Shown here: piece by piece, positions 1-8,649 of the stretch
Position numbering within the stretch: the stretch's first letter is position 1
Layout of the letters: the number at the start of each line of letters is the position of its first letter
Source: an uncultured Chloroflexia bacterium
GTDB taxonomy: Bacteria > Chloroflexota > Limnocylindria > Limnocylindrales > CSP1-4
NCBI GenBank assembly: GCA_963742075.1
Contig: CAVUKR010000010.1
Span: 24,572 to 88,571 of the forward strand
Length of the DNA: 64,000 nucleotides
Direction: 5' to 3'
The notes under the pieces: generated by a model
Databases searched by the model: none
The model's input: the letters and a program-made list of their open reading frames with translations, nothing else
Told to the model about the DNA's origin: nothing
Position numbers and translations under genes: made by a program

Positions 1-2
1 TC

Positions 3-608
3 GACCTGCCGATCGTCCTGCCCCCGTCGGTCGCGGGCCTCGCGCTGCTGCTCGTCTTCGGCCGGAGGGGCCTCCTCGCTGCGCCGTTCGAGCTGCTCGG
101 GTTCTCGGTGCCGTTCACGACGGTGGCCGTCGTCCTCGCCCAGACCTTCGTCGCGGCGCCGTTCTTCATCCGCTCGGCACGGACCGGGATCGCGGGCGTC
201 GACCGGGACCTCGAGGACGCGGCACGCGTGGACGGTGCCACGGAGCGGCAGCTCTTCCGTTCCATCACCATCCCGCTCGCGGGTGCAGCGCTCGCGGCCG
301 GTCTCGTCATGAGCTGGGCCCGGTCGCTGGGCGAATTCGGCGCGACGATCATGTTCGCGGGCAACGTGCAAGGACGGACGCAGACGCTGCCGCTAGTGGT
401 CTACGGCGAGTTCCAGGGCGGGGATCTCGACGCATCGGTGGCCGCAGCCGCCATCCTCGTCCTCGCCGCGTTCGGCGTTCTGGTCGCAGTCCGTGTCTTC
501 CATTGGGGTCGACTGCTCGACGCGCGAGGCCTGGCGTGGCGGGGGAAGGCTCGGGTACCCTGTCCCTTGGCGCCGGAGTGGTGGAATTGGCAGACGCGGC
601 GAACTTAA
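3..608 (+). CDS. modB: Molybdate ABC transporter permease (5' truncated by window edge; natural stop probably near 537-539)
   Basis: LPIVLPPSVAG, EAA-like loop DLEDAARVDGA, WARSLGEFGATIMFAGN and TQTLPL motifs; ORF runs on into the tRNA gene. Confidence 0.85.
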   Translation, partial: DLPIVLPPSVAGLALLLVFGRRGLLAAPFELLGFSVPFTTVAVVLAQTFVAAPFFIRSARTGIAGVDRDLEDAARVDGATERQLFRSITIPLAGAALAAGLVMSWARSLGEFGATIMFAGNVQGRTQTLPLVVYGEFQGGDLDASVAAAAILVLAAFGVLVAVRVFHWGRLLDARGLAWRGKARVPCPLAPEWWNWQTRRT

Positions 609-659
609 AATCCGCTGCCCGCAAGGGCGTCCGAGTTCGAAATCTCGGCTCCGGCACCA
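572..659 (+). tRNA. tRNA-Leu, anticodon TAA (606-608), long variable arm, encoded CCA
   Basis: Acceptor stem GCCGGAG/CTCCGGC, D-loop TGGCAGAC, anticodon loop CTTAAAA, variable arm GCCCGCAAGGGC, T-arm CCGAG-TTCGAAAT-CTCGG, discriminator A then CCA. Confidence 0.95.
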
Positions 660-727
660 CCTTGCACCCAGCGGCGGAGACGCCTCGTTGGACCCGGCGG
701 TGCGGGGAGGGCGGGGTTGTCTCGCCG

Positions 728-1951
728 TCAGCGCTTTCGCCGGAAGAGCCCGCCCGACTTCTTGCCGTCTTTCGACGTCGGCACCTGGACGCCGCGGACC
801 CCGAACGCGATCGTGCTCAGCTTGACCAGCCGTTCGGCCACGACGGACTTGGGTGCTCCGGTGACGATCGGCACACCCTCGTTGACGGCCTTGAGGTAGA
901 GGAACGGGTCGTACGGCAGCTCGATCGCCACCTTGGCGCCGAGGAACGCCTCGACGTCGCTCAGCTTGAGGATCTCCCTCGCGAACAGGTCGTTGAGCAC
1001 GAACGTCGACTTCTGCCCGATGGTGCCGGTCTCGCCGAGGTATTCCAGCAGCGCATGCATCGACTTGAGCGCGCCGATCTCCGGGGTGATCGGCAGGATG
1101 ACGTTCTCGGCCTCCTCGAAGATCGTCAGGACCCGCTCGTCGAGCGTCGACCCGGCGTCGACCACGACCAGGTCGTAGCCATCGAGCAGCGTCGCCAGGA
1201 TCTGGGCGACATGGGCCGGGGTGATGGTCTCGGCCGCCTCGGGCGCGCCCGGCGCTGCGAGGACATGCAGACCGCTGTCGTGGCGCATCGCATAGGTCCG
1301 GAGCAGCTCCGGTTCGCGCAATGACGCCTCATCGCGGACCACGTCGGCGAGGGTCTGCTTCGGATCGAGATTGAGGAGGACCGCGACACCACCGAACTGG
1401 AGCGCGAAGTCGACCAGCACGACCCGGTCGGGCCGCTCAGCCGCCGCCGCGATGGCGACGTTCGTGGCCACGGTGGTGGTCCCGACGCCACCCTTCGGGC
1501 TGAAGACCGCCACGGTCCGTCGCGCGCGACCAAGCGTCAGGCCGTCGGCCGAGACGATCGGCGACAGGGTCTTGGATCGCTGGAAGCGCAAGAGAAGCGC
1601 CTCGACCCGCGCCTCGATCTCGCGCGCGTCGAACGGACGGGCCATGACGTCGTCGGCGCCGGCCTCCAGGAAGTGGATCCGCTCCTCGACGTCCTGGCTG
1701 GTGCTGACGCACATGACCGGGATCGCCGACATCGCGGGTACAGCCCGGATCTCGCGGCAGATCTCGACGGCGGACTTGGGACCGCCGCCCGCGACGTCGA
1801 TGATGACGAGCTGCTGGTCGGCCGCCTTCTCGAACGCCTCATCGGGATCGGCGGTCACCATGACCTTGTAGCGGGCGTGCCCGAGGATCTCGGCGATGGC
1901 CTCGCCGGCCTCGGCGTCCGAAGCGAGTAGCAGGATGTTGCTCGCGGGCAA
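728..1951 (-). CDS. CpaE/TadZ-like protein: receiver domain plus MinD/ParA-type ATPase domain
   Basis: N-terminal receiver fold (VIID, GADDVMARPF), deviant Walker A SPKGGVGTTT, VVVDAG, C-terminal GGLFRRKR; TTG start at 1951 preceded by GGAAG. Confidence 0.85.
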   Translation of the reverse strand: MPASNILLLASDAEAGEAIAEILGHARYKVMVTADPDEAFEKAADQQLVIIDVAGGGPKSAVEICREIRAVPAMSAIPVMCVSTSQDVEERIHFLEAGADDVMARPFDAREIEARVEALLLRFQRSKTLSPIVSADGLTLGRARRTVAVFSPKGGVGTTTVATNVAIAAAAERPDRVVLVDFALQFGGVAVLLNLDPKQTLADVVRDEASLREPELLRTYAMRHDSGLHVLAAPGAPEAAETITPAHVAQILATLLDGYDLVVVDAGSTLDERVLTIFEEAENVILPITPEIGALKSMHALLEYLGETGTIGQKSTFVLNDLFAREILKLSDVEAFLGAKVAIELPYDPFLYLKAVNEGVPIVTGAPKSVVAERLVKLSTIAFGVRGVQVPTSKDGKKSGGLFRRKR

Positions 1952-2064
1952 GGGTCTTCCCCCGGCTAGTCGATGGCGGGATGGGTGGGTTCGGAGCGGA
2001 TCGGCCAAGAGGATACAACGGCCCCGGGCCGCGGGGACGATCCTTCGGGCCCATGCCGGCATCG

Positions 2065-2145
2065 TGCTAGACTGCCGTCCTTGTCCTTTCCGCTCCGCGC
2101 TGGTCGACCGGCAACGGGGCATACCCATTGGAAGGAGTCGCGCGT
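2065..2145 (+). promoter_or_regulatory. rpsF extended -10 promoter (TG-C-TAGACT, 2065-2073) and candidate S6:S18 autoregulatory leader
   Basis: TCCTTTCC (2084-2091) can pair with the SD region GGAAGGAG (2130-2137); an adjacent CCG motif is present; position matches known S6:S18 leaders. Confidence 0.55.
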
Positions 2146-2583
2146 ATGCGCCGCTATGAACTCATGCTCGTCATCCGCCCGGATGTGGCGGACGACAAGA
2201 GCCAGGCGATCGTGGACCGGACGACCCGCGCGATCGTCACCGCCGGCGGTCAGATCGTGAAGGTCGCGCCCTGGGGGCGCCGCCGCCTGGCCTACCCGAT
2301 CGATCGCCATCGTGAAGGCTCGTACCACATCATCCTGTTCGAGGCGCCGTCCGGCGCGATCATCGAGCTCGAGCACACGCTCCTGATCACCGAGGAGGTG
2401 CTCCGCCACCTCGTCACCCGGGTGGATCGCCCGACCAAGGTGACCGATGGCGACGGCTCCGAGTTCGACGACCTCGACATCGAGGACCTTCCGTCCGGGC
2501 TGGACGAGGAGGACGAGGACGATCGTCCGGCGGCATTCATCGACGAGTCCGAGACCGAGGCGGCTCCGGCCGCCATCGACTGA
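2146..2583 (+). CDS. rpsF: 30S ribosomal protein S6 with long acidic C-terminal tail
   Basis: MRRYELMLVIRPD, WGRRRLAYPI, EEVLRHLV; SD AAGGAG. Confidence 0.97.
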   Translation: MRRYELMLVIRPDVADDKSQAIVDRTTRAIVTAGGQIVKVAPWGRRRLAYPIDRHREGSYHIILFEAPSGAIIELEHTLLITEEVLRHLVTRVDRPTKVTDGDGSEFDDLDIEDLPSGLDEEDEDDRPAAFIDESETEAAPAAID

Positions 2584-2598
2584 CGGGAGGTCAGCATC

Positions 2599-3051
2599 AT
2601 GGCGTTCTGCAAGGTCATGATCATCGGCAATCTCGGGCGCGATCCCGAGATGCGCTACACGCCGACCGGGAAGCCCGTCACGCAGTTCAGCGTGGCCGTC
2701 AACCAGTCCACCAAGAACCAGCAGACCGGCGAGTGGATCGAGGAGACCGACTGGTTCCGCGTGAGCGTCTTCGGCGACCGCGCCGAGCGAGCGGCCGAGC
2801 AGCTCCGCAAGGGCAACCGCGTCTTCGTCGAGGGTCGGTTCCGGACCCGCGAGTTCGAGGGCCAGGACGGCCAGAAGCGGACCTCGCTCGACGTCACAGC
2901 CGACAACGTCATCAGCCTCGAGCGGCGACCGCGCGAGGACGAGGCCGGCTTCACCGGCGCGCCGGCGGCGGTCGGCGCTCCCGGGCCGTCGGGTGGCGGC
3001 GGTTCGCGCCCTCCCGCCGACGACGCCGATCTCGACGACCTTCCCTTCTGA
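2599..3051 (+). CDS. ssb: Single-stranded DNA-binding protein
   Basis: KVMIIGNLGRDPEMRYTP, ETDWFRV, VFVEGR, acidic tip DLDDLPF. Confidence 0.97.
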   Translation: MAFCKVMIIGNLGRDPEMRYTPTGKPVTQFSVAVNQSTKNQQTGEWIEETDWFRVSVFGDRAERAAEQLRKGNRVFVEGRFRTREFEGQDGQKRTSLDVTADNVISLERRPREDEAGFTGAPAAVGAPGPSGGGGSRPPADDADLDDLPF

Positions 3052-3069
3052 TCAGGAGACCTACCGACC

Positions 3070-3339
3070 ATGCCGCCTCCCGTCCGTTCCAAGAAGCGCG
3101 ACGACTTCTATCGCGATCGACGTCGCCGCAAGGTCTGCGCGTTCTGCGCCGACAAGACCGTCCAGATCGACTACAAGGAGGTCAACCGCCTCCGTCGCTA
3201 CCTGTCCGAGCGAGCCAAGATCGAACCGCGTCGCAAGACCGGCACGTGCGCCGGGCACCAGCGCGAGCTGGCGGTCGCCCTGAAGCGCGCGCGCCACGTC
3301 GCGCTGCTCCCGTACGCGCCACAGCACCTGCGACCCTGA
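3070..3339 (+). CDS. rpsR: 30S ribosomal protein S18 (zinc-binding form)
   Basis: [49 protein letters not shown]. Confidence 0.97.
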   Translation: MPPPVRSKKRDDFYRDRRRRKVCAFCADKTVQIDYKEVNRLRRYLSERAKIEPRRKTGTCAGHQRELAVALKRARHVALLPYAPQHLRP

Positions 3340-3396
3340 GGCTCGGCGCGGTGGGCGGACGATCCGGGGTCACGCTCGCGTCGCCCGCCGCCTGAC

Positions 3397-4249
3397 GTGG
3401 TCGTCGGGCTGCTGATGCTCGGCGGCGGAGTCGCTGCGGGCGCCTTCGGATCGCTCCTTGGCCTGGGCGGGGGCGTGCTGATCGTGCCGCTCCTGACACT
3501 CGGCTTCGGGCTGCCGTTGCGGGAGGCGGTCGGGGTCTCGCTGATCTGCGTGATCATGACCAGCAGCGCCGCCGCCGGCGTCTTCCTCGAACGTCACGTG
3601 GCGAACCTGCGGCTCGGGATGACGCTCGAGCTGTTCACCGCGACCGGGGCGCTGATCGGCGGTTCCATCGCGTTCATGCTCGATGAGCGGCTGCTGTCGT
3701 TCCTCTTCGCGGTCCTGCTGCTGTACGTGGCGGTCACGATGGCGCGCGCCGGGACCGCTGAAGCCGGTCATCGACCCGGCGGACGACGCGACCGATGACC
3801 CAGCGCCGGCTGCCAGGTCGATCCGGTCGAGCCAGGCGCCCCGGTCACGCTGCTCGAGGGGCTGTCCGGCGCGGGCTACCACGTTCGGAACCTCGGTCGC
3901 GGGGTCGTGGTGGCGACCGGTGCCGGCGTCGCGTCCGCCCTGCTCGGGATCGGCGGGGGGATCATCAAGGTGCCCGCTGATGAACCTCGCCATGGGCGTC
4001 CCGCTGCGGGTCGCCACGGCGACGAGCAACATGATGATCGGGATCACCGCCGCCGCCAGCGCGGTCATCTATGCGATCCATGGCGGCCTCGACGTCTACG
4101 TCGCCGGGCCGACAGCGATCGGCGTCTTCATCGGGGCGACCGCCGGTTCGCGGCTGGGGCACCGGGTGGACCTGCGCTACCTGCGCCTGCTGTTCGTGGT
4201 CGTCCTGGTCTACACGGCGATCGAGATGCTCCTGCGGGTCATCGGATGA
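3397..4249 (+). CDS. Sulfite exporter TauE/SafE (TSUP) family membrane protein; reading frame broken by about three indels (~3752, ~3815, ~3977)
   Basis: GSLLGLGGGVLIVPLL, second repeat SALLGIGGGIIKVP, then LMNLAMGVPLRVATATSNMMIG in another frame. Confidence 0.8.
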
Positions 4250-4638
4250 GCGCGACCGTGCCGGACTCCCGGGCGGCGTCGGTCGCGCGGGCCCTCGCCG
4301 CCGAGCGCCTGATCGGCCGCCTGCTGATCGCGATCACCTACGTCTCGGTCGGGCTGCTGGCGGTCGGAGTCGTCCTGATGATCGCGGACTCGATCTCGCC
4401 CACCTCGGGCGGACCGCCGCTCGACCTGGCGACCCTCGGCGCCCAGCTCGCTGCGGGCGAGCCGGCGGCCTTCCTGTGGCTCGGCCTGCTGGCCGTCATC
4501 GCCGCGCCCATCGGGCGGGTCATCGTGGCGGCAGTCGCCTATGCCCGGGAATCCGACTGGCTGATGCTCGGCGTCTCGATCGCGATCCTGGTGGTCATCG
4601 CGGTCGGCGTCATCAGCTCGCTGACGGTCACGGCCTGA
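4246..4638 (+). CDS. DUF1634-like membrane protein (usual TSUP partner)
   Basis: ATGA overlap with the TSUP stop; hydrophobic helices; LWLGLLAVIAAPIGRV resembles the family GLLxLIATPxxRV motif. Confidence 0.7.
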   Translation: MSATVPDSRAASVARALAAERLIGRLLIAITYVSVGLLAVGVVLMIADSISPTSGGPPLDLATLGAQLAAGEPAAFLWLGLLAVIAAPIGRVIVAAVAYARESDWLMLGVSIAILVVIAVGVISSLTVTA

Positions 4639-4641
4639 TCG

Positions 4642-5712
4642 ATGGACGTCATCATCCTGGCGCTCGCGTTCGTGGTGATCCTGCTCGGCGCCGAGCTGTT
4701 CACCAACGGCATCGAGTGGTTCGGGCGCAAGCTGGATCTCGCCGAGGGAGCGGTCGGTTCCGTCCTTGCCGCGATCGGGACCGCCCTGCCCGAGACGATG
4801 ATCCCGATCATCGCGATCCTCTTCGCGTCCGGGGCGTCCTCGCACGAGATCGGGGTCGGGGCGATCCTGGGCGCCCCGTTCATGCTGTCCACCCTGGCCA
4901 TGTTCGTGACCGGGATCGCGGTCCTGTGGGCGGGCCGCCGCCGCTCGAGCGGCGACTCCATGCTGGTGGACACCAGGGTCCTGGCGCACGACATGCGCTA
5001 CTTCGGGATCGCCTACGCGATCGCCATCGGGGCGGCATTCCTGCCGGTCGAGCCGGTCTGGCTCAAGTGGATCGTGGCCGTCGTCCTGCTCGGGATCTAT
5101 GCCTGGTACGTCCGCGGCCACCTCAAGGAGGAGGCGAGCGAACACCAGGACGACCTCGCGCCGTTGCGCTTCCATCGCCTCGACCGGGGGGCGCACCGCG
5201 AAGATCCCGAGACGCCTCGGCTGCGCATCGTCAACGCGCAGGTCATCACCGCGCTCGGGCTGATCGTCGTGGGGGCCGCGTTCTTCGTTGGGGCGGTCTC
5301 GGATCTCGCCACGCAGCTCAACATCGACCCCGCCATCCTGGCGTTGGTCATCGCCCCGATCGCCACGGAGCTGCCCGAGAAGTTCAACTCGATCATCTGG
5401 GTCCGCCAGGACAAGGACACGCTGGCGATGGGCAACATCACCGGCGCGATGGTCTTCCAGTCGACGATCCCGACCGTCGTCGCGCTGCTCTTCGCGTCGG
5501 ACAGCTGGGTCGCCACGGAAGGGTCGTATCTCGTCTTCGCGTCGGCGGGGATCGCGTTCCTGTCGTCGGCGGTGATCTTCATCCCGATGGCCCGGAGCGG
5601 CATGCTGCGCGGCCGGCTGCTGCTCGTGGGCGGGGCCTTCTACCTCGCCTACCTCGCGCTCGTCGTCGGGGTCGTGAGCGGGGCCATCGGCGGGGGCGCG
5701 ACGAGCCACTGA
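4642..5712 (+). CDS. Sodium:calcium antiporter family (CaCA) membrane protein
   Basis: Alpha-repeat motifs AAIGTALPET and APIATELPEK, GNITGA, about 10 TM helices. Confidence 0.85.
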   Translation: MDVIILALAFVVILLGAELFTNGIEWFGRKLDLAEGAVGSVLAAIGTALPETMIPIIAILFASGASSHEIGVGAILGAPFMLSTLAMFVTGIAVLWAGRRRSSGDSMLVDTRVLAHDMRYFGIAYAIAIGAAFLPVEPVWLKWIVAVVLLGIYAWYVRGHLKEEASEHQDDLAPLRFHRLDRGAHREDPETPRLRIVNAQVITALGLIVVGAAFFVGAVSDLATQLNIDPAILALVIAPIATELPEKFNSIIWVRQDKDTLAMGNITGAMVFQSTIPTVVALLFASDSWVATEGSYLVFASAGIAFLSSAVIFIPMARSGMLRGRLLLVGGAFYLAYLALVVGVVSGAIGGGATSH

Positions 5713-5747
5713 TATACTCGGGCGACCGCAACGAGGGTGCCCGCAGC

Positions 5748-6722
5748 ATGCTGACCGAGAAGTCCGACGCCGCTCCGTCCGTCCATCATGCCCCCGCCCA
5801 GGCCGCGCTCGACGACCTGATCTGCTACTTCGAGGGCGACTGGGTCCCGATGCGCGAGGCGAAGGTCAGCATCATGACCCACGCCTTCATGTACGGGACC
5901 GCCACGTTCGAGGGCATCCGCGCCTACTGGAACCCTGACCAGAAGCGCCTGTACGGGCTGAAGATCGGCGAGCATGCCGCGCGGCTTCGGCAGTCGTGCC
6001 GGATCCTGATGATGGAGAACGTCCCGACCGTCGACGAGCTCAGCGGCCTGATCGTCGAGACGGTCCGCCGCAACGGCTTCCACGAGGACGCCTACATCCG
6101 GCCCTCCTTCTACAAGTCGACCCGGGCGATCGGCGTGCGCCTCCACCACCTCGAGAACGAGCTGTACATCGTCGCGCTGCCGTTCGGCAACTACATCGAC
6201 ACCGAATCCGGCTGCCGGGTGATGACCTCGTCGTGGCGCCGCAACGCCGACGAGGCACTGCCCGCCCGCGGCAAGATCGTCGGCGGCTACGTCAACATGG
6301 CGTTCCAGAAGTCGGAGGCCGAGCTCAACGGCTTCGACGAGGCGGTCGTGCTGACCGCCGACGGGCACGTCAACGAGGCGTCGGCGGCGAACCTCTTCGT
6401 CGTCCGCGACGGCGTCGCGCTGACCCCGCCGGTCACCGATGACATCCTCGAGGGCGTCACCCGCAAGGCGATCATCGAGATGCTGGGCAACGAGGGGATC
6501 CCGGTCGAGGTCCGCTCGATCGACCGGTCCGAGCTGTACGTCGCCGACGAGATGTTCCTGTGCGGGACCGGTGTCCAGATCTCGCCCGTCATCGAGATCG
6601 ACCACCGGCCGGTCGGCGCCGGTGCGATCGGCCCGATCGGGCGGCTGATCCGTGACCGCTACTTCGACGCTGTCCGTGGCCGTCTCCCCGAGTACGCCCA
6701 CTGGCTGACCCCGATCGAGTAG
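5748..6722 (+). CDS. ilvE: Branched-chain amino acid aminotransferase (class IV PLP enzyme)
   Basis: YGTATFEGIRAY, KIVGGY, GFDEAVVL, EASAANLF, ILEGVTR, EMFLCGTG; TATACT at 5713-5718. Confidence 0.9.
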   Translation: MLTEKSDAAPSVHHAPAQAALDDLICYFEGDWVPMREAKVSIMTHAFMYGTATFEGIRAYWNPDQKRLYGLKIGEHAARLRQSCRILMMENVPTVDELSGLIVETVRRNGFHEDAYIRPSFYKSTRAIGVRLHHLENELYIVALPFGNYIDTESGCRVMTSSWRRNADEALPARGKIVGGYVNMAFQKSEAELNGFDEAVVLTADGHVNEASAANLFVVRDGVALTPPVTDDILEGVTRKAIIEMLGNEGIPVEVRSIDRSELYVADEMFLCGTGVQISPVIEIDHRPVGAGAIGPIGRLIRDRYFDAVRGRLPEYAHWLTPIE

Positions 6723-6728
6723 GGGACT

Positions 6729-8561
6729 CTACGGCCCGGCCGGCGCCTCGAGCGCGGGGGTCGCACGGCCGACCGTGATGACCACGTCGGCGGTCATCGC
6801 GGCGTCCGTCTTCGTCGTGACCGTCACCCCGAACGTCTTCTGCAGGTAGGCGATCGTGTCGGGCACGTTCGCCTCCGCGCCGTTGTACACCACGATCGTC
6901 GTGTCGGCCGGCACGGCGCCGGCCGGCTTCTGGCGTGGTGCGGACGCCGCCAGGCCGTGGAAGTCGAGGTATCCCGCGAGGGCCGTGCCACGGCCGGAGT
7001 CGCTCGTCCCGTTGAGGACCCACACGGACGCACCCTCGGCCGCCAGGTCCTGGCGCTGCGCCTCGTCGGCCGGGTCGGTGCTGAACGCCGACTTGACCGC
7101 AGCCCGGATCGTCGAGACCTTCGCCTGGATGGAGTAGACGGGCGCGTTCCGGGGCGATTCGGTCCCGTAGAGCGGTGGCGCGAAGACGTACGACCGGATG
7201 TTCTTGGTGTCGATCTGCGAGGCCAGCCCGAGCAACGGGGCGAGCTGGTTGGGCGGGATGTCGGTCGACACCGCAGAGCCGAGCGCGTCGATCAGCTGCG
7301 GCAGCGCGGGATCAGCGCAACTGGGGTCGGCCTGCTCGCGGAGCGAGAGCAGCACGCGCTGTTGGCGCGCGCCGCGATCGAAGTCGTTCGAGCCATGGCG
7401 GGAGCGGGCATAGCGGAGGGCCTCAGCGCCGTCCATGTGCTGGATCCCGCTCGGGATGAAGACCCGTCGGAGTCCGCCGTTGACCGACGGAAAGCGGTCG
7501 TCCGAGACGGGGATCTGGACGTTGATGGTGACTCCGCCCATCGTGTCGACGACCTTCTGGAAGCCCTGGAAGTTGACCTCGACGAAGTACTTGATGTCGA
7601 GGCCGTAGAGATAGCCCATGATCGCCTTGAGCCCGTTGTAGCCGACCGTCCCGTTCTTGACCGTGCCGGGGTAGAGATCGGTCCGCCGGTGGATGTTGGT
7701 CCACCACGAGTTGATCTTCCCGCCGTAGACGGAGCCGAACACGTTGCGGGCCGGTCCGGGCGGGATCGGGACGCCCTCGGTGTCGCGCGGCAGGCTGAAC
7801 ATGGCCACCTGCTTGGTCACCGGATCGATCGACACCACGATGAGGGTGTCGGTGTTGAACGTCCCCTCGCCCGGCCGCTGGTCCGCGCCGATGAGCAGGA
7901 TGTTGAGGCGCTCCTTGCCGTCCCACGGCGGGATCGACACCTGCGGGAGGGCACTGCCGACCGGTGTCCCTTCCGGCACCGGCGAGTCGGTCGCCCCGGC
8001 CGCCGTTCCGTCATCCGACGGCGTCGCCGAGCTGCCGGGCGACGGCGTCGCGTCGAGGGCGCACTCCTTGGTCGGGTCGCTGATGAAGATGCAGCCGTTG
8101 TCGAGAACGCCCTTGGCCAGCATGTCGTAGCGGGCGACGACGACGTGGCTGCCCGCCATCACCAGCAGGACCGCGAGGAGCCCGGCGATCGACAGCGGAT
8201 TGCGCCCGATCCGTGCCCGGCCGGCTTGGCCGCCGCCCGACGCGTCGGCTGCATTGAGGTACTCGGCTACGCGGTAGGCGTCGATGATGGCGACGAGCCG
8301 ATAGACCAGGATCCCGAGGTTGATGACGAAGACCGCGTCGAGCACGGTCGGGTCGATCAGGAACCCGAGCAGCGCGATCCTGTCGACCCGGATCACCGTC
8401 CCCGCCGCGAGGGCGATGGCCAGGATCGGCCCGGCCGCGAAGGCCAGCGCGCGCATCGGGGCGCCGGCGTACAGCTGCCCGAGTCCGGGAAAGATCAGGG
8501 AGAGGAAAGCGGCGGCGAACGGCGACCGCGCGCGCGGTCGCGCGCCCTCTGGTTCGTGCAT
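6729..8561 (-). CDS. LCP (LytR-CpsA-Psr) cell-wall glycopolymer ligase with C-terminal LytR_C domain
   Basis: LNILLIGAD, TDTLIVVSIDP, SLPRD, KIN, ALRYARSRH, DFDRGARQQ, VWVLNGT; N-terminal TM segments. Confidence 0.9.
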   Translation of the reverse strand: MHEPEGARPRARSPFAAAFLSLIFPGLGQLYAGAPMRALAFAAGPILAIALAAGTVIRVDRIALLGFLIDPTVLDAVFVINLGILVYRLVAIIDAYRVAEYLNAADASGGGQAGRARIGRNPLSIAGLLAVLLVMAGSHVVVARYDMLAKGVLDNGCIFISDPTKECALDATPSPGSSATPSDDGTAAGATDSPVPEGTPVGSALPQVSIPPWDGKERLNILLIGADQRPGEGTFNTDTLIVVSIDPVTKQVAMFSLPRDTEGVPIPPGPARNVFGSVYGGKINSWWTNIHRRTDLYPGTVKNGTVGYNGLKAIMGYLYGLDIKYFVEVNFQGFQKVVDTMGGVTINVQIPVSDDRFPSVNGGLRRVFIPSGIQHMDGAEALRYARSRHGSNDFDRGARQQRVLLSLREQADPSCADPALPQLIDALGSAVSTDIPPNQLAPLLGLASQIDTKNIRSYVFAPPLYGTESPRNAPVYSIQAKVSTIRAAVKSAFSTDPADEAQRQDLAAEGASVWVLNGTSDSGRGTALAGYLDFHGLAASAPRQKPAGAVPADTTIVVYNGAEANVPDTIAYLQKTFGVTVTTKTDAAMTADVVITVGRATPALEAPAGP

Positions 8562-8567
8562 CGCGGG

Positions 8568-8574
8568 TAGGATA
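8568..8574. promoter_or_regulatory. Overlapping divergent -10 elements: TAGGAT (+, ileS) and TATCCT (-, LCP)
   Basis: TAGGATA reads as TAnnnT on both strands; the minus-strand hexamer lies 7 nt before the LCP ATG. Confidence 0.55.
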
Positions 8575-8649
8575 CTCGGACCCGCCGAATCGAGCACCGA
8601 GGCGCCCGCCCGAGCCGGTGCATCGCCCATCCCCAGACCCCGAGGCCGA

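Noticed and set aside
572-727. tRNA-Leu as an integration site for an island
   Set aside because: No integrase and no duplicated tRNA 3' end seen in the window.
7295-7335. Odd DPSCADPAL segment in the LCP protein
   Set aside because: An alternative frame reads ALIP, suggesting compensating indels rather than a real motif.
8575-8649. T-box riboswitch upstream of ileS
   Set aside because: The leader is only about 70 nt and has no T-box consensus or specifier stem.
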